64,000 bases of DNA from Cladosporium halotolerans. Its lineage: Eukaryota. The position numbers and the translations under genes are program-made. This document shows positions 12,662 to 23,170 of this stretch, piece by piece; position 1 is the stretch's first letter; each line of letters opens with the position of its first letter. The stretch covers positions 992,001 to 1,056,000 of the forward strand of contig NW_027191456.1 of the NCBI RefSeq assembly GCF_011745625.1, written 5' to 3'. Below the pieces are notes generated by a model. It was not told where the DNA came from. It was given only the letters and a program-made list of their open reading frames with translations, and did no database searches.

Positions 12662-13810
12662 CTAATACCTCGGCCCACCGTACGGCATAGCCCCTGGCGT
12701 CATCCCACCCGCACCGCCGTACGCACTCGCGCCTCCAAACCCAGGCGTCGCATACCCAGCGTCCATCCCCTGCACCGGCCCACCGCCCCCATACGCCGAC
12801 CGATTCCCGTACGCGCTCTGCCCGCCGTACGCCGAGAAGCCGCCCGCGCCCCCCGCGCCCAGCATGTCCGGGCTCTGGCCGCCGCCGCCGTTCGCCCCGT
12901 CCGCGTCGAACCCGTTCGCTTCCCCGGCGCCCGGATCGCTCAGCTCCTGGATCACGCCCGCCAGCTTCTGCTGCAGCGCGCGGATGCCGTGGTGCAGCAC
13001 CGTGTCCGGCGGCATCGCGCCCGTCGTCTCCAGGTTGAAGTAGAACGCGCGCGGCTCCGCGTCGTAGTCGAACGGCTCGCCTTCCTGCGGGGGCTCTTCC
13101 ATGGGGCCGTTCTTCGCGGGCTCCGGCCACTCGGCTTTGGCGTCCACTTCGTACCACAGCTGCGTGTGCCGCAGCTTGTTCCACGGGTCGTACTCGAAGC
13201 CGATGGCGGCGGTGGGGGCCCACTTGCTGTGTTCTTTCGCGATGCCCTTTTTCGCGACGCAGCGCAGGCGGAGTTCTTGGCCTTTGCGCAGCTTGCAGAT
13301 GAGGGGCCCGTTGCGGTCGTCGTCGAGGCAGATGGGCGAGCCGAGGTCTGGGAGCGCGGAGTCGTCGTGCGCGGCGTAGCGGGGCGCGCCCGTCTGGGAC
13401 TCGATGAAGAGGTCTTTGGCGTAGACTTGCAGGTGGTCGTCCGAGGAGCGGTTGGCGGCGTTGAGCGAGAGCACGACGGAGCACTGCTCGCAGTACTTGT
13501 CGCAGTTGTCGCAGTCGCGCGAGTACAGGAGGTCGTCGATGTTCTTTGCGCTGAGGGGGAGGAGGCCCAGGCGGTGGGCGAGGAATTCGTCCGCCAGCAC
13601 GGACGTGTTGGATTCGATTTCTACCAGGTCGATGGCGATTGTGGGGATCTCCGCGAGCATTACGCGGCGCACGGAGTTGGCGAAGGGGAGTGTTGTGTTG
13701 CGCAGGGCGAAATCGATGGTCTCGTGGTTCATGGTGCGGATCGTGACTTGCGGGCCAGAGTCCGAGGTGTCGATGTGTTCGCCATAGGGATCGTAGTCGT
13801 AGCCGTTCAT
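12662..13810 (-). CDS. RPB3: DNA-directed RNA polymerase II subunit RPB3
   Basis: ANSVRRVMLAEIPTIAIDLV, LADEFLAHRLGLLPL, Zn site CDNCDKYCEQC, ICKLRKGQEL, KKGIAKEHSKW. Confidence 0.96.
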   Translation of the reverse strand: MNGYDYDPYGEHIDTSDSGPQVTIRTMNHETIDFALRNTTLPFANSVRRVMLAEIPTIAIDLVEIESNTSVLADEFLAHRLGLLPLSAKNIDDLLYSRDCDNCDKYCEQCSVVLSLNAANRSSDDHLQVYAKDLFIESQTGAPRYAAHDDSALPDLGSPICLDDDRNGPLICKLRKGQELRLRCVAKKGIAKEHSKWAPTAAIGFEYDPWNKLRHTQLWYEVDAKAEWPEPAKNGPMEEPPQEGEPFDYDAEPRAFYFNLETTGAMPPDTVLHHGIRALQQKLAGVIQELSDPGAGEANGFDADGANGGGGQSPDMLGAGGAGGFSAYGGQSAYGNRSAYGGGGPVQGMDAGYATPGFGGASAYGGAGGMTPGAMPYGGPRY

Positions 13811-14494
13811 CTTGAAGGCGGGTGAGGTAAAGTGAGGTCGAGGAGGTGGATGTCGGCGGCGCGAGTGGATGTATCTCGTGCTGCTTAAGCTAGTCGCAAA
13901 GACGGTTGACGTTCCTCGAAAGCGCGATTCACGCGACGCTAGTGTGCGGGTATACCCGTTGCCTGGAAGAATGCATGGCTATGGGAAAGTGAAGACAATG
14001 TGCATGTGATGAGACGCTTTGTGGTGAGAGCCCCAATTGATAGAGAGAAAGTACCATGTGTGTGTTCTCGTTCGAGATGCTGCTTTGACGGTGCCTGTGT
14101 TGACTACAAAGGCGAGCGATTAGGCCCATCAGCCAACCCATCGCGGTCAAGCGTGAAGAGCCTCTTCGCTTCCAACCGAACGCCTGAAACGCTTCACACG
14201 GCCCGAAGTCGGGAGCAAATAAGAATTACCGATGTTGTAGATGCTTTGAAAATGTTTTGTTATTTTTTTCAGCTTTGGGTATCTAGCGCGTACATAAAAG
14301 AGGTTTTACGCCAGAGCCATCAATCAGGACAGTCAGGAATACAATGCATGCGTGCACCGCTGCCGCAAACCCGAATTCACAAGAAAAGACACAAGCCTTC
14401 AGCGCCCATCCTACCGTTTGTTTGTGTTCTTTTTTCCGTTTCTTTTCGTTTCGTTTCCATATCATAGACACGTGCTCCTCTTTCCTACACAAGC

Positions 14495-16123
14495 TTACAG
14501 CTTCTGCCTCTCCATGCCCTTCCAGCCCCACTGCTGCGCGATCATCTCCGCCGCGCGCTCGCCGATGGCCAGCACGGTCAGCATGGGGTTGATGGACGGC
14601 ATCTCAGGGAAGACACCGGCGTCGGCGATGCGCACGCCCTGCAGGCCCTTGACCTTCAGCTCCGGGTCGACGACGGCGTTGGCGTCCTTGGACACGTCGC
14701 CCATCTTCGTCGTGCCGGCCGGGTGGTAGACGGTGTGCGCGACGCGGCGGCCGTACTCGGACAGCGCCTCGTCGGTCTGGATCGCCGGGCCGGGCGCGAC
14801 TTCGCGCTTGATCCAGTCCTTGAAGGGCGCTTGCTGGGCGATCTGGCGCGCGGCCTTGAAGCCGGCGACGATGGTGGCGGCGTCGTAGCCCTCGGGGTCG
14901 GTGAAGTAGCGGAAGTCGAGGGAGGGCTTAACGCTCGGGTCGGCGGAGGTGAGGAAGAGGCGGCCGCGGGAGCGCGGGCGGGGGATGTTGGGGGTCATGC
15001 AGAAGGCGTTAAGGGGCGAGTCGTAGCCCAGGCGGTCGGTGTTCATCGTGAAGGGGATCTGGTAGCAGTGGCACATGACGTCGGCGATGTCGCTGTCGTC
15101 GCCGGCGGCGTTGGGGACCTCGCGGCGGAGGAAGATGCCGGCGTCGGAGTCCATGGTAGTCTGCGCGGCGGGGACGGGCTTGTTGAGCTCCCAGAGGATG
15201 ATGCTCTCGGGGTGGTCGAGGAGGTTCTCACCAACGCCGGGCAGGTCATGGAGGACGGGGATGCCGAGCTCGGAAAGCTGCTGCTTGGGACCGAGACCAG
15301 ACAGCATCATGAGGCGAGGGGTGTCGACTGCGCCGGCGCAGAGGATGGTCTCGCACTTGGGGCGGATGGTGTGGCGGGTGCCGTCCTGCTGCTTGAGGTT
15401 GAGGCCGGTGACCTTCTTGCCGGAGAGGTTGAGCTTCTCGACCCAGGCGTTGGTGAGAACGGTCAGGTTGGGGCGGTTCTCCTCGCCGCGGAGGATGGGG
15501 TGGATGTAGGCGACGGAGGCACTGCTGCGGCGGCCATCGTCCGGGTTGTAGGAGACGTTGAAGAAACCGACGCACTCCTTCAGGTGACCCTGCTGCTTGA
15601 TCTCCTTGTTGTAGTCCTCGACGACGGGGATGTTGAGGGCCTTGGAGCAAGAGTTGACCCAGTCAACGCAGAGCTGGTTGCGGTGCTTCTCGTGCACGGG
15701 CTGGACGGTGTTGCGGAGGTTGTCCAGCACCCTCATGAAAGTCTTGAAGTTCCAGCCCTTGCAGCCCTGAGCCTCCCAGCGCTTGCAGTCGTACTCGAAA
15801 GGCCTGAAGCTGATGAGGGTGTTGTGGCTGGAGCAGCCGCCGAGGACCTTGGCGCGAGAGTGCCTGATGTGAGAGTTGCCCATGGGCTGCTCGGTGGTGG
15901 GGTAGTCGTAGTCGAGCTCACCGCCGAGGAGGTTGAGCCAGTCCTTGAGCAGGAGCACGCGATCATCGAGGTAGTCGGAGGGGCCGGCCTCGATGAGGAG
16001 GACCTTCTTGTCGGGCATGTACTCGGAGAGACGCGAGGCAATGACACAGCCGGCGGTACCGCCACCGACAATGACGAAGTCGAAGCTGCCCGCCTCGGAG
16101 CCGGGGATGTGGGAGGTGGTCAT
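14495..16123 (-). CDS. codA: Choline oxidase (GMC flavin oxidoreductase), intronless
   Basis: FDFVIVGGGTAG; RHSRAKVLGGCSSHN, the His FAD-attachment motif of choline oxidases; HTVYHPAGTTKMG; INPMLTV; C-terminus QKL. Confidence 0.9.
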   Translation of the reverse strand: MTTSHIPGSEAGSFDFVIVGGGTAGCVIASRLSEYMPDKKVLLIEAGPSDYLDDRVLLLKDWLNLLGGELDYDYPTTEQPMGNSHIRHSRAKVLGGCSSHNTLISFRPFEYDCKRWEAQGCKGWNFKTFMRVLDNLRNTVQPVHEKHRNQLCVDWVNSCSKALNIPVVEDYNKEIKQQGHLKECVGFFNVSYNPDDGRRSSASVAYIHPILRGEENRPNLTVLTNAWVEKLNLSGKKVTGLNLKQQDGTRHTIRPKCETILCAGAVDTPRLMMLSGLGPKQQLSELGIPVLHDLPGVGENLLDHPESIILWELNKPVPAAQTTMDSDAGIFLRREVPNAAGDDSDIADVMCHCYQIPFTMNTDRLGYDSPLNAFCMTPNIPRPRSRGRLFLTSADPSVKPSLDFRYFTDPEGYDAATIVAGFKAARQIAQQAPFKDWIKREVAPGPAIQTDEALSEYGRRVAHTVYHPAGTTKMGDVSKDANAVVDPELKVKGLQGVRIADAGVFPEMPSINPMLTVLAIGERAAEMIAQQWGWKGMERQKL

Positions 16124-16708
16124 GGTGAAGGTGTGGCGGGGTGGGTGTACGCGAGAGGCGGAAGTATGGACTTCAAGAGTGCCTACGAGTGCACAAGAAC
16201 AAAACGGTGGAGACGAAGCGAGGGTAGAGAGGATGGAGGGGGTGAGCAGGTGGAGAGAAGGAGGAGGAGTTCAGCACGGCAACCTTAATAAGAAAAAGAC
16301 CCCAGCAGGTGAAGCAGTATAAGCTCCGGGCGAGGGCAGCGAGCAGTTTGGCCTCCCCACCTCCAGCCAACGTCGCAGAGGTCGCGCGCAAAGTCAAACG
16401 CGCCAGCTCCAGATCGCACGGCTCGGCGGCATCGTGGGAGATCTCGGGGCGATGCTCAGGCATTGCACGCTAGCAGGTCGCAGGCGGACATGGGGGAGCC
16501 CGCGGACACCGGAGGATGAGAGCAGGTGAGGTGGTGAGGTCTGAGCACTCCTGCGCATCGGCGGGCAGCGATACGGTGAGGCGAGCGATGGGCTCGGGAG
16601 CATTGGATGGGCAGATTTTTCGGCGCGGTCTGGCGTTGATTTGTCGGTGGAATGCCTGAGACCTGGCCCGTCCACGCTCCCAGGGCTACGCCGGCCTTGT
16701 TCGAGAAG

Positions 16709-16750
16709 GCCTTAGAGCAGCCTTAGAGCAGCGTTAGAGCAACCTTAGCA
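16709..16750. repeat. Imperfect 11-bp tandem repeat (GCCTTAGAGCA x~3.8) in the codA/BADH intergenic region
   Basis: gccttagagca gccttagagca gcgttagagca accttagca. Confidence 0.8.
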
Positions 16751-17509
16751 CCGCCCCGACCTTTCTTTGCCTCCATCCAGCAAAGCCATCCTATCGTCTG
16801 CGCTGCGAGCGCTGCTATCTTTCACGCACCCATGCGGGCGTGAGGGCCGCGGATAACCTTGATAGAACATCGTCACGCCATTCGCCTGTCACGCCGTGAA
16901 ACACGAGACGCGCCTCGACCCTGGGACGTCCGCCATCCTTCGTTCCCTCATCACGTGATCGGATCCGGATACAGACTTTTTTCGCAGGGCCCACTTGGCC
17001 TGCTGCAGCCTGTCACGGCTGCTGTCGGCTCCTACATGTCGTCGGCCACGGTCTGCGTCTGCACGCCGGCTGTTCTACGGAAAACTTAGACCAGCCTCTA
17101 TCTATCCCCGGCGAGGCATGGCACGTCGTAGCATTGGGGGAGGCGGTGGCTGACCAGTCCGGCTGGGCGAGATCTCAAGCCTCTCGCGTCACCAACCGAT
17201 CGAGCATGCTGAAGTCAAACTCAAAAGAGCTCGTCTGTCATCGAGAGCTTTTAGAAGCGAGGGAGCTCGTCCGACCGTCGTTAGCTGATCTTTGGCTCCG
17301 ATCTCCTACAAGCCAAAGTCTCGTCAGCGGACCGCGACACTTTCTCCACTCTTACATACCTGCCCTACGTGCCGCACGTGATCTTCGCATTGCCTTCGGT
17401 CGTGCACCTCACCTCTGCTCTGTCTGGAGCTCTGTAGCAACAAAAGCCTTCTCTTTTCTGTCGGTCTGCATATCAGTGCAAAATCTATCCCGGCAATCCT
17501 CTACCCACC

Positions 17510-19027
17510 ATGGATTCTTCAGTTCCCCAGCTCGACCAGCAGCACCTCTACATTGCTGGCCAGCACTACCACACAAAAGACACTTTCGAGACCATCGACC
17601 CATCCACAGACAAGCCCATTGCCAAAATCGCAAAGGCAGACCGTACAGCCGTCGACGCAGCCGTCAAAGCAGGCAAAGCTGCATTCCCATCATGGGCCGC
17701 CACCCCTCCAATGGAGCGCTCGCGCATTCTCCTCAAAGCTGTGGCACTTCTCCGTCAACGTAACGATGAAATCGCCCAGATCGAGACCAGAGACACCGGC
17801 AAACCCTTCTCGGAGACCAGCACCGTCGACGTCGTTACTGGCGCCGATGTCCTTGAGTACTACGCCAACATGATCGCCGCTGGTGGCCTCAACGGCGAGA
17901 CGACCCAACTCCGCTCCGACGCCTGGTTCTACACCACAAAGGCGCCCCTCGGCGTCTGCGCCGGAATCGGTGCCTGGAACTACCCCATCCAAATCGCCCT
18001 CTGGAAGTCCGCTCCCTGCCTCGCCGCCGGCAACTGCATGGTCTACAAGCCCTCCGAGTTCACGCCCCTGCACGCCCTCAAGCTCGCCGAAATCTACACG
18101 GAGGCCGGCGTGCCCCCGGGCGTCTTCAACGTCGTCCAGGGCGCCGGCGACGTCGGCGCCATGCTCACCTCCCACCCCAACATCGCCAAGGTCTCCTTCA
18201 CCGGCCAGGTCTCCACCGGCTGCAAGGTCGCCTCCGCCGCCGCCGCCGGCATGCGCTATGTCACCATGGAGCTCGGCGGCAAGTCCCCCTGCATCATCCT
18301 CCCGGACGCCGACCTCGAGTCCGCCGTCGACGGCGCCATGATGGCCAACTTCTTCTCCACCGGCCAAGTCTGCACAAACGGCACGCGCGTCTTCGTCCCC
18401 CGCAGCATGCAGGCCGCCTTCGAAGCCCGCCTCCTCGAGAAAATGTCCCTCATCCGCCCCGGGCCCCTCATGGACCCGGCCACCAACTTCGGCCCCCTCG
18501 TCTCCAAACCCCACTGGGAGAAAGTCACCTCCCTCATCGCCCACGGCATCGAGAAGGACGGCGCCAAGCTCCTCGCCGGCGGCCTCGGCGCCCCCGCCCT
18601 CCCCGCCGGCACCCCGCAGCAGGGCTACTGGGTCAAGCCGACGGTCTTCACAAACTGCACCGACAGCATGCTCATCGCGCGCGAGGAGATCTTCGGCCCC
18701 GTCATGACCATCCTGCCCTACGCCGACGACTCCCAGTCCTGGCTCGACGAGCTCATGAGCCGCGCCAACGACACGCGCATGGGCCTCGCGGCGGGTGTTT
18801 TCACGAGGAACATTGACCTCGCGCACAAGGTCGTCGCGCGCGTCGAGGCGGGCATCACATGGGTCAACACGTGGGGCGAGTCGCCGGCGGAGATGCCGGT
18901 GGGCGGGTGGAAGATGAGCGGGCTGGGCGTGGAGAATGGGCCCCGGGGCTTGGAGAACTGGGTGCAGAATAAGAGCAGTTTGGTCGAGATGGGGGGTGTT
19001 GTTGGGACGGTTTTTGCGAAGTTGTAA
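17510..19027 (+). CDS. Betaine aldehyde dehydrogenase (BetB-like), intronless
   Basis: [46 protein letters not shown] and [20 protein letters not shown] (BetB-type signature); EEIFGPV; C-terminus AKL; divergent from choline oxidase. Confidence 0.9.
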   Translation: MDSSVPQLDQQHLYIAGQHYHTKDTFETIDPSTDKPIAKIAKADRTAVDAAVKAGKAAFPSWAATPPMERSRILLKAVALLRQRNDEIAQIETRDTGKPFSETSTVDVVTGADVLEYYANMIAAGGLNGETTQLRSDAWFYTTKAPLGVCAGIGAWNYPIQIALWKSAPCLAAGNCMVYKPSEFTPLHALKLAEIYTEAGVPPGVFNVVQGAGDVGAMLTSHPNIAKVSFTGQVSTGCKVASAAAAGMRYVTMELGGKSPCIILPDADLESAVDGAMMANFFSTGQVCTNGTRVFVPRSMQAAFEARLLEKMSLIRPGPLMDPATNFGPLVSKPHWEKVTSLIAHGIEKDGAKLLAGGLGAPALPAGTPQQGYWVKPTVFTNCTDSMLIAREEIFGPVMTILPYADDSQSWLDELMSRANDTRMGLAAGVFTRNIDLAHKVVARVEAGITWVNTWGESPAEMPVGGWKMSGLGVENGPRGLENWVQNKSSLVEMGGVVGTVFAKL

Positions 19028-19783
19028 AGGGATGGAGTGCTTTCTAGGATGTGATCTGATAGTGAAGAAGAGGCTTCAGGGTGACGTTTCTTCTTTTGGG
19101 GCCACTTCGCTGCCATTTATTTGTATGTACACGTTTGATACCATGGAAAAAATCGAGGAATTTGTAGCGCAATGAGGCTTGCATTGTGATTTGTATTATG
19201 GAGAATTGGGCGGGCGGGACTATGTCTCGCCGACTATCCTGAATTACTTTCGAGAGAGAATCTCAGGTCTCCACGCCCAGAAGCCTACGCCCAGAGGTGG
19301 GCGAGTTGGCGAAACCCCAATCTGCCACGCTTCCACGCTGCCCGCCTTTACACTCCCTCACTATCATAGTGGGGCAATGTGGCAGGCTCTTCTCCTACAG
19401 AGTATCCATATTCTCGTGTTCGAGTTCGTTGTGCGAGTTCTGAATCGACCCGTAGTGCTGAAGGTAATACCTCTCAGGTTGTGCGCACTACGTCCTGGAT
19501 GGACGTTGCGGCTGTTAGGTACTTTCACCAACAGCAATTGCAGCTTTTCTTTCCCGAGTGTACCGTGCGTCGTTCAGCGACAAGGCTAGAAGTTGGGGTC
19601 CGTATCGTAGGTGGATGTCCAGGAGGACTTTCGTGTTGAGTTTGGCGCACAGGGTGGGTATGCTGCCATTATGGGCTGACTCGTTCTGGCGTCTAGTCTA
19701 TGCTTGCGAGAAGCACAGAACATGTGCTTTCGGAAATCGTTCGGAAATCGTCTCATCTCCTTTCCTTACCACGTGGGCATCTT

Positions 19784-20671
19784 TCATCGCTTCCCGCCAG
19801 CCATGCTAAAGCCTCTCGTCATGAACCCGGCGCTGTTGCCCAGCGAAGCGCTCTGATCGCGGTTGGAGAACAGGCTCTTGACGTTGTCGTTGTCCATCTT
19901 GCGCTTCTTCGACGCCTCCTGCTGCTGCATGACCTTGGCCGTCAGAGACGCCGTGGCCGAGTTGTTGATCTTGCCATTCCCATTCCCATTCGCTTCCTCA
20001 CGCGCAGGCGTAGAAGCCTTGGACGTAGCCTCTTTGCTCCCATTCTCAGCTTCCACCACCTGCTCGTCCCTCTTCTTGCGCTTCTTCCCACTCCCCGACA
20101 CCTTCTTCAGCGAATGCGCCAGCCCTTTCTCCTGCAGCGTCTTAGCGCGCAAGCTCAGTCGCGCGATATCCGTGTCCACAAGCGAGTTGATCGGGATGAT
20201 ATCGTTGCTCGCGTACTCCGCGTCGCACGTCAGGCACTTCTCGCCCGACACCTCTTTGATCGCGGACGCGGAAAACGCATGCCCGCACGGCACGATGTAC
20301 ACAGCCTTAGACCCAGCGCCCAGCTTGTCGCCCGTGACCGGACACTTCCACGCCTTTGTGTCGGCGTCGGTCTCGAACTTGACTTCCACGACGTCCTTCA
20401 GGCTCTTGACCGCGCCCTTAGTCTCGCGCTCCGCTTCCTCTTTGCGCGCGCCTTCCACCAGGTACTCGAGGATGGTGTCTTTGTTGTAGAGCTTGCCGGT
20501 GGCGTCAGAGACGACGGGCGCCGCGAGCGGTTGTCGGGAGATCGGGTCGGTGCTCCACTGGTAGGCTTGCTGTTCGCTTTGCGACTCTTTGATTTCGGCG
20601 GCCGTGGGGTTGCGCGCGGCTTCTTTGACCAGCTCGCGCCGCGTCGGGATGCTGCCGCCGTCGTTGCCCAT
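19784..20671 (-). CDS. RTF2: Replication termination factor 2 (Rtf2/DUF602 RING-like protein)
   Basis: Start MGNDGGSIPTRRELVK at 20671; GKLYNKDTILEYL; CPVT..VPCGHAF..CLTC RING-like region. Confidence 0.9.
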   Translation of the reverse strand: MGNDGGSIPTRRELVKEAARNPTAAEIKESQSEQQAYQWSTDPISRQPLAAPVVSDATGKLYNKDTILEYLVEGARKEEAERETKGAVKSLKDVVEVKFETDADTKAWKCPVTGDKLGAGSKAVYIVPCGHAFSASAIKEVSGEKCLTCDAEYASNDIIPINSLVDTDIARLSLRAKTLQEKGLAHSLKKVSGSGKKRKKRDEQVVEAENGSKEATSKASTPAREEANGNGNGKINNSATASLTAKVMQQQEASKKRKMDNDNVKSLFSNRDQSASLGNSAGFMTRGFSMAGGKR

Positions 20672-21280
20672 GGCGGGGTTGGTGGGTGGGTGGTGGGGGA
20701 GAGCGTGGGCGCAGAGTGTCGTCGTAGATTGCCTTAGGTTTTGGTGCACGCGACTTTCACTTTCCTCTTCACGTGCACGCGTTCCAGAAGCGCGCGGAAG
20801 CGTCGTCGGCCTGTGCAGAGCGTGGGGGAGGCAGGTCCGGAGTGGGTGGTGGCAGACGGCTGGCCGAGGGCGAGTGGGAAAGTGGTCCCACACTCGCCGA
20901 GGTTGAGAACTCCACCGAGCGCCCGCCAGCTCCCCTGATCCGAGTGCGCTCGCGCTGACAATTGGGAATCGCTTCATTTATTATTCGGCTCTCCGCGAAC
21001 TGCGAACACCTCGCTTGACGTCTTTGGATTTCATGACTCCTGCTTGCCCGACTTTTTGTTGCTTCGACCAACCAGCTCTTGGCCCGCCGGACTTCACTTC
21101 GTGAGCCGTAATTATTTATCGCGAACCCCAACTTGCCGCTTTGGGAAGGAAGCACGTGCCGCACAAAGTCGACCACGCCTCCTGATTGAGACAGACGCAA
21201 GCGAGCGAGCAAACTCCACGGCAAGCTGTGAGGCAGACGACTCTAGTCTGGTCAAATATCACAAGAGTCAAGGAGCCGTC

Positions 21281-22715
21281 ATGGGGGAAGTCCAGCCTCC
21301 AGCCGCCAAAAGGCGCCGTGTTTCGAGCTCAGCCGCAGATATGCAATCGGCCATTGCCCAGCCAGGCTCGATCAAGATCAACGTCACAGGAGCCTATATC
21401 ATCGACCGCCTGGATTCAGACGACGGGTCTCAATCAAGTCACAGCAGCCCCCGGAGCCATACCGAGGATGAAGACCAGCCATATCAGCACCATAAGCGCG
21501 ATATCCGACTGCCGAACCACACTTCGGTAGTGAGTCACGTGGCGGCTGACATTGGCGGTTCTCTGGCCAAGATCGTCTACTTCTCGCGAGAGAACGGCCA
21601 CGCCGAGTCCGGAGGCAGGCTCAATTTCGTCTCGTTTGAGACAGACAAGATCGACGACTGCATTGAGTATCTTCGCTCGTTACAATCGAAGCACCATGAA
21701 TCCAACGGCGCCAAAGCAAATACCCTCTCAGTCATGGCCACCGGCGGTGGCGCTTTCAAATTCTACGACCGCATCAAAGAACGTCTAGGCGTGGACGTCG
21801 TGCAGGAAGACGAAATGGAATGCCTCATCAAGGGCCTCGACTTCTTCATCACCGAAATTCCTCAAGAAGTCTTCACCTACCACGACAACGACACCGAGAA
21901 CCCAATGCACTACCAAGAAGCCCGCTCCGACGTCTACCCCTACCTCCTCGTCAACATCGGCAGCGGCGTTTCCATGATCAAAGTCTCCGGGCCCTCGCAG
22001 TACCAGCGCATCGGCGGTACCTCGCTCGGCGGCGGCACGCTCTGGGGTCTCTTGTCCCTCCTGACTGGCGCTCGCACTTTCGACGACATGCTCGCCATGG
22101 CCGACTCCGGCGACAACGGCTCCGTCGACCTGCTCGTCGGCGACATCTACGGCGAGGGCATGGGCTACGAGAAGATCGGACTCAGCGAGCGCACCATCGC
22201 CAGCAGTTTCGGCAAGGTCCTCAAGCGCAAGCGCGAGGCGGAGCGCGATGCAGAGGACGGCGGCAGCCGCTTCGGCGAGAAAGGCGAAAGCAGTCGCGCC
22301 GGCGGCGACGGCACGGGGAGCAAGCTCGTCGGCGACGGCCGCATGTTTGCCCCAGAGGACATCTCGCGGAGTCTGCTGTACGCGATAAGGTATGCAAATT
22401 CCCTTCCCCCTCAGCTCGTCCTTTCCAGATCACTCACGCTAACCATCGCAAAGCAACAACATCGGCCAAATCGCCTACCTGCAGTCCGAAAAGCACAACC
22501 TCCAGCGCATCTACTTCGGCGGCTCCTTCATCCGCGGCCACCAGCAGACCATCCACACCCTGTCATACGCCATCAACTTCTGGAGCAAAGGCGAGAAGCA
22601 GGCGTTTTTCCTCCGCCACGAGGGGTACCTCGGCGCTGTCGGCGCGTTCATGAAGCGCCGGCCGGCGGGGTGGAAGAGGAGGGGGAGTGTGGACGAGGTG
22701 GTGGGGGAGGAGTGA
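21281..22715 (+). CDS. CAB1: Pantothenate kinase (fumble family, type II); intron 22390-22453
   Basis: [51 protein letters not shown]. After the splice: [32 protein letters not shown], stop TGA at 22713-22715. Confidence 0.94.
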
Positions 22716-23170
22716 TTTAATGTTGCGTGGCGATTTGGTTTGGAGCACTTTTGACCCTTGGGATGGTTCCTTATCGCGCAAGGATACTGCGAAATATCGC
22801 AGCGGCGACGCAAGTCTGCGTTCTTTATTTCTTCTTTTCACGGCCTTATCATGTCTCCGCCAGGGAGAGCGGAGACGATGCTTGCATACCATTCACAACA
22901 TCGGCATTCACGCGGCGGCGGCATGAAACACATTTAATGTAGAGCATCCTCGTTGGTTATGAGCGGCTGGATGAGGGGTTGAATTTGGACTCCCAGCTAC
23001 CGACCCTTTTTACGGCATATTTATACCTTTATTGTAGCATGAGAATTTCTAGACATTCTTCAATTACCATGATCTCCAGGCCCCAGTCCTGTCAAGGTCA
23101 AAGTCTATGCACACTATGGAAACGGTGGGATTGGTTATTCATGAAGGACAGAAATAGCAGTACCATGAGA

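Noticed and set aside
12256..12678. 140-aa minus-strand ORF and a TGATGA...CTGA pair (12410-12464) downstream of RPB3
   Set aside because: The ORF overlaps the RPB3 stop and has no motifs. The C/D spacing is short, with no terminal stem or guide identified.
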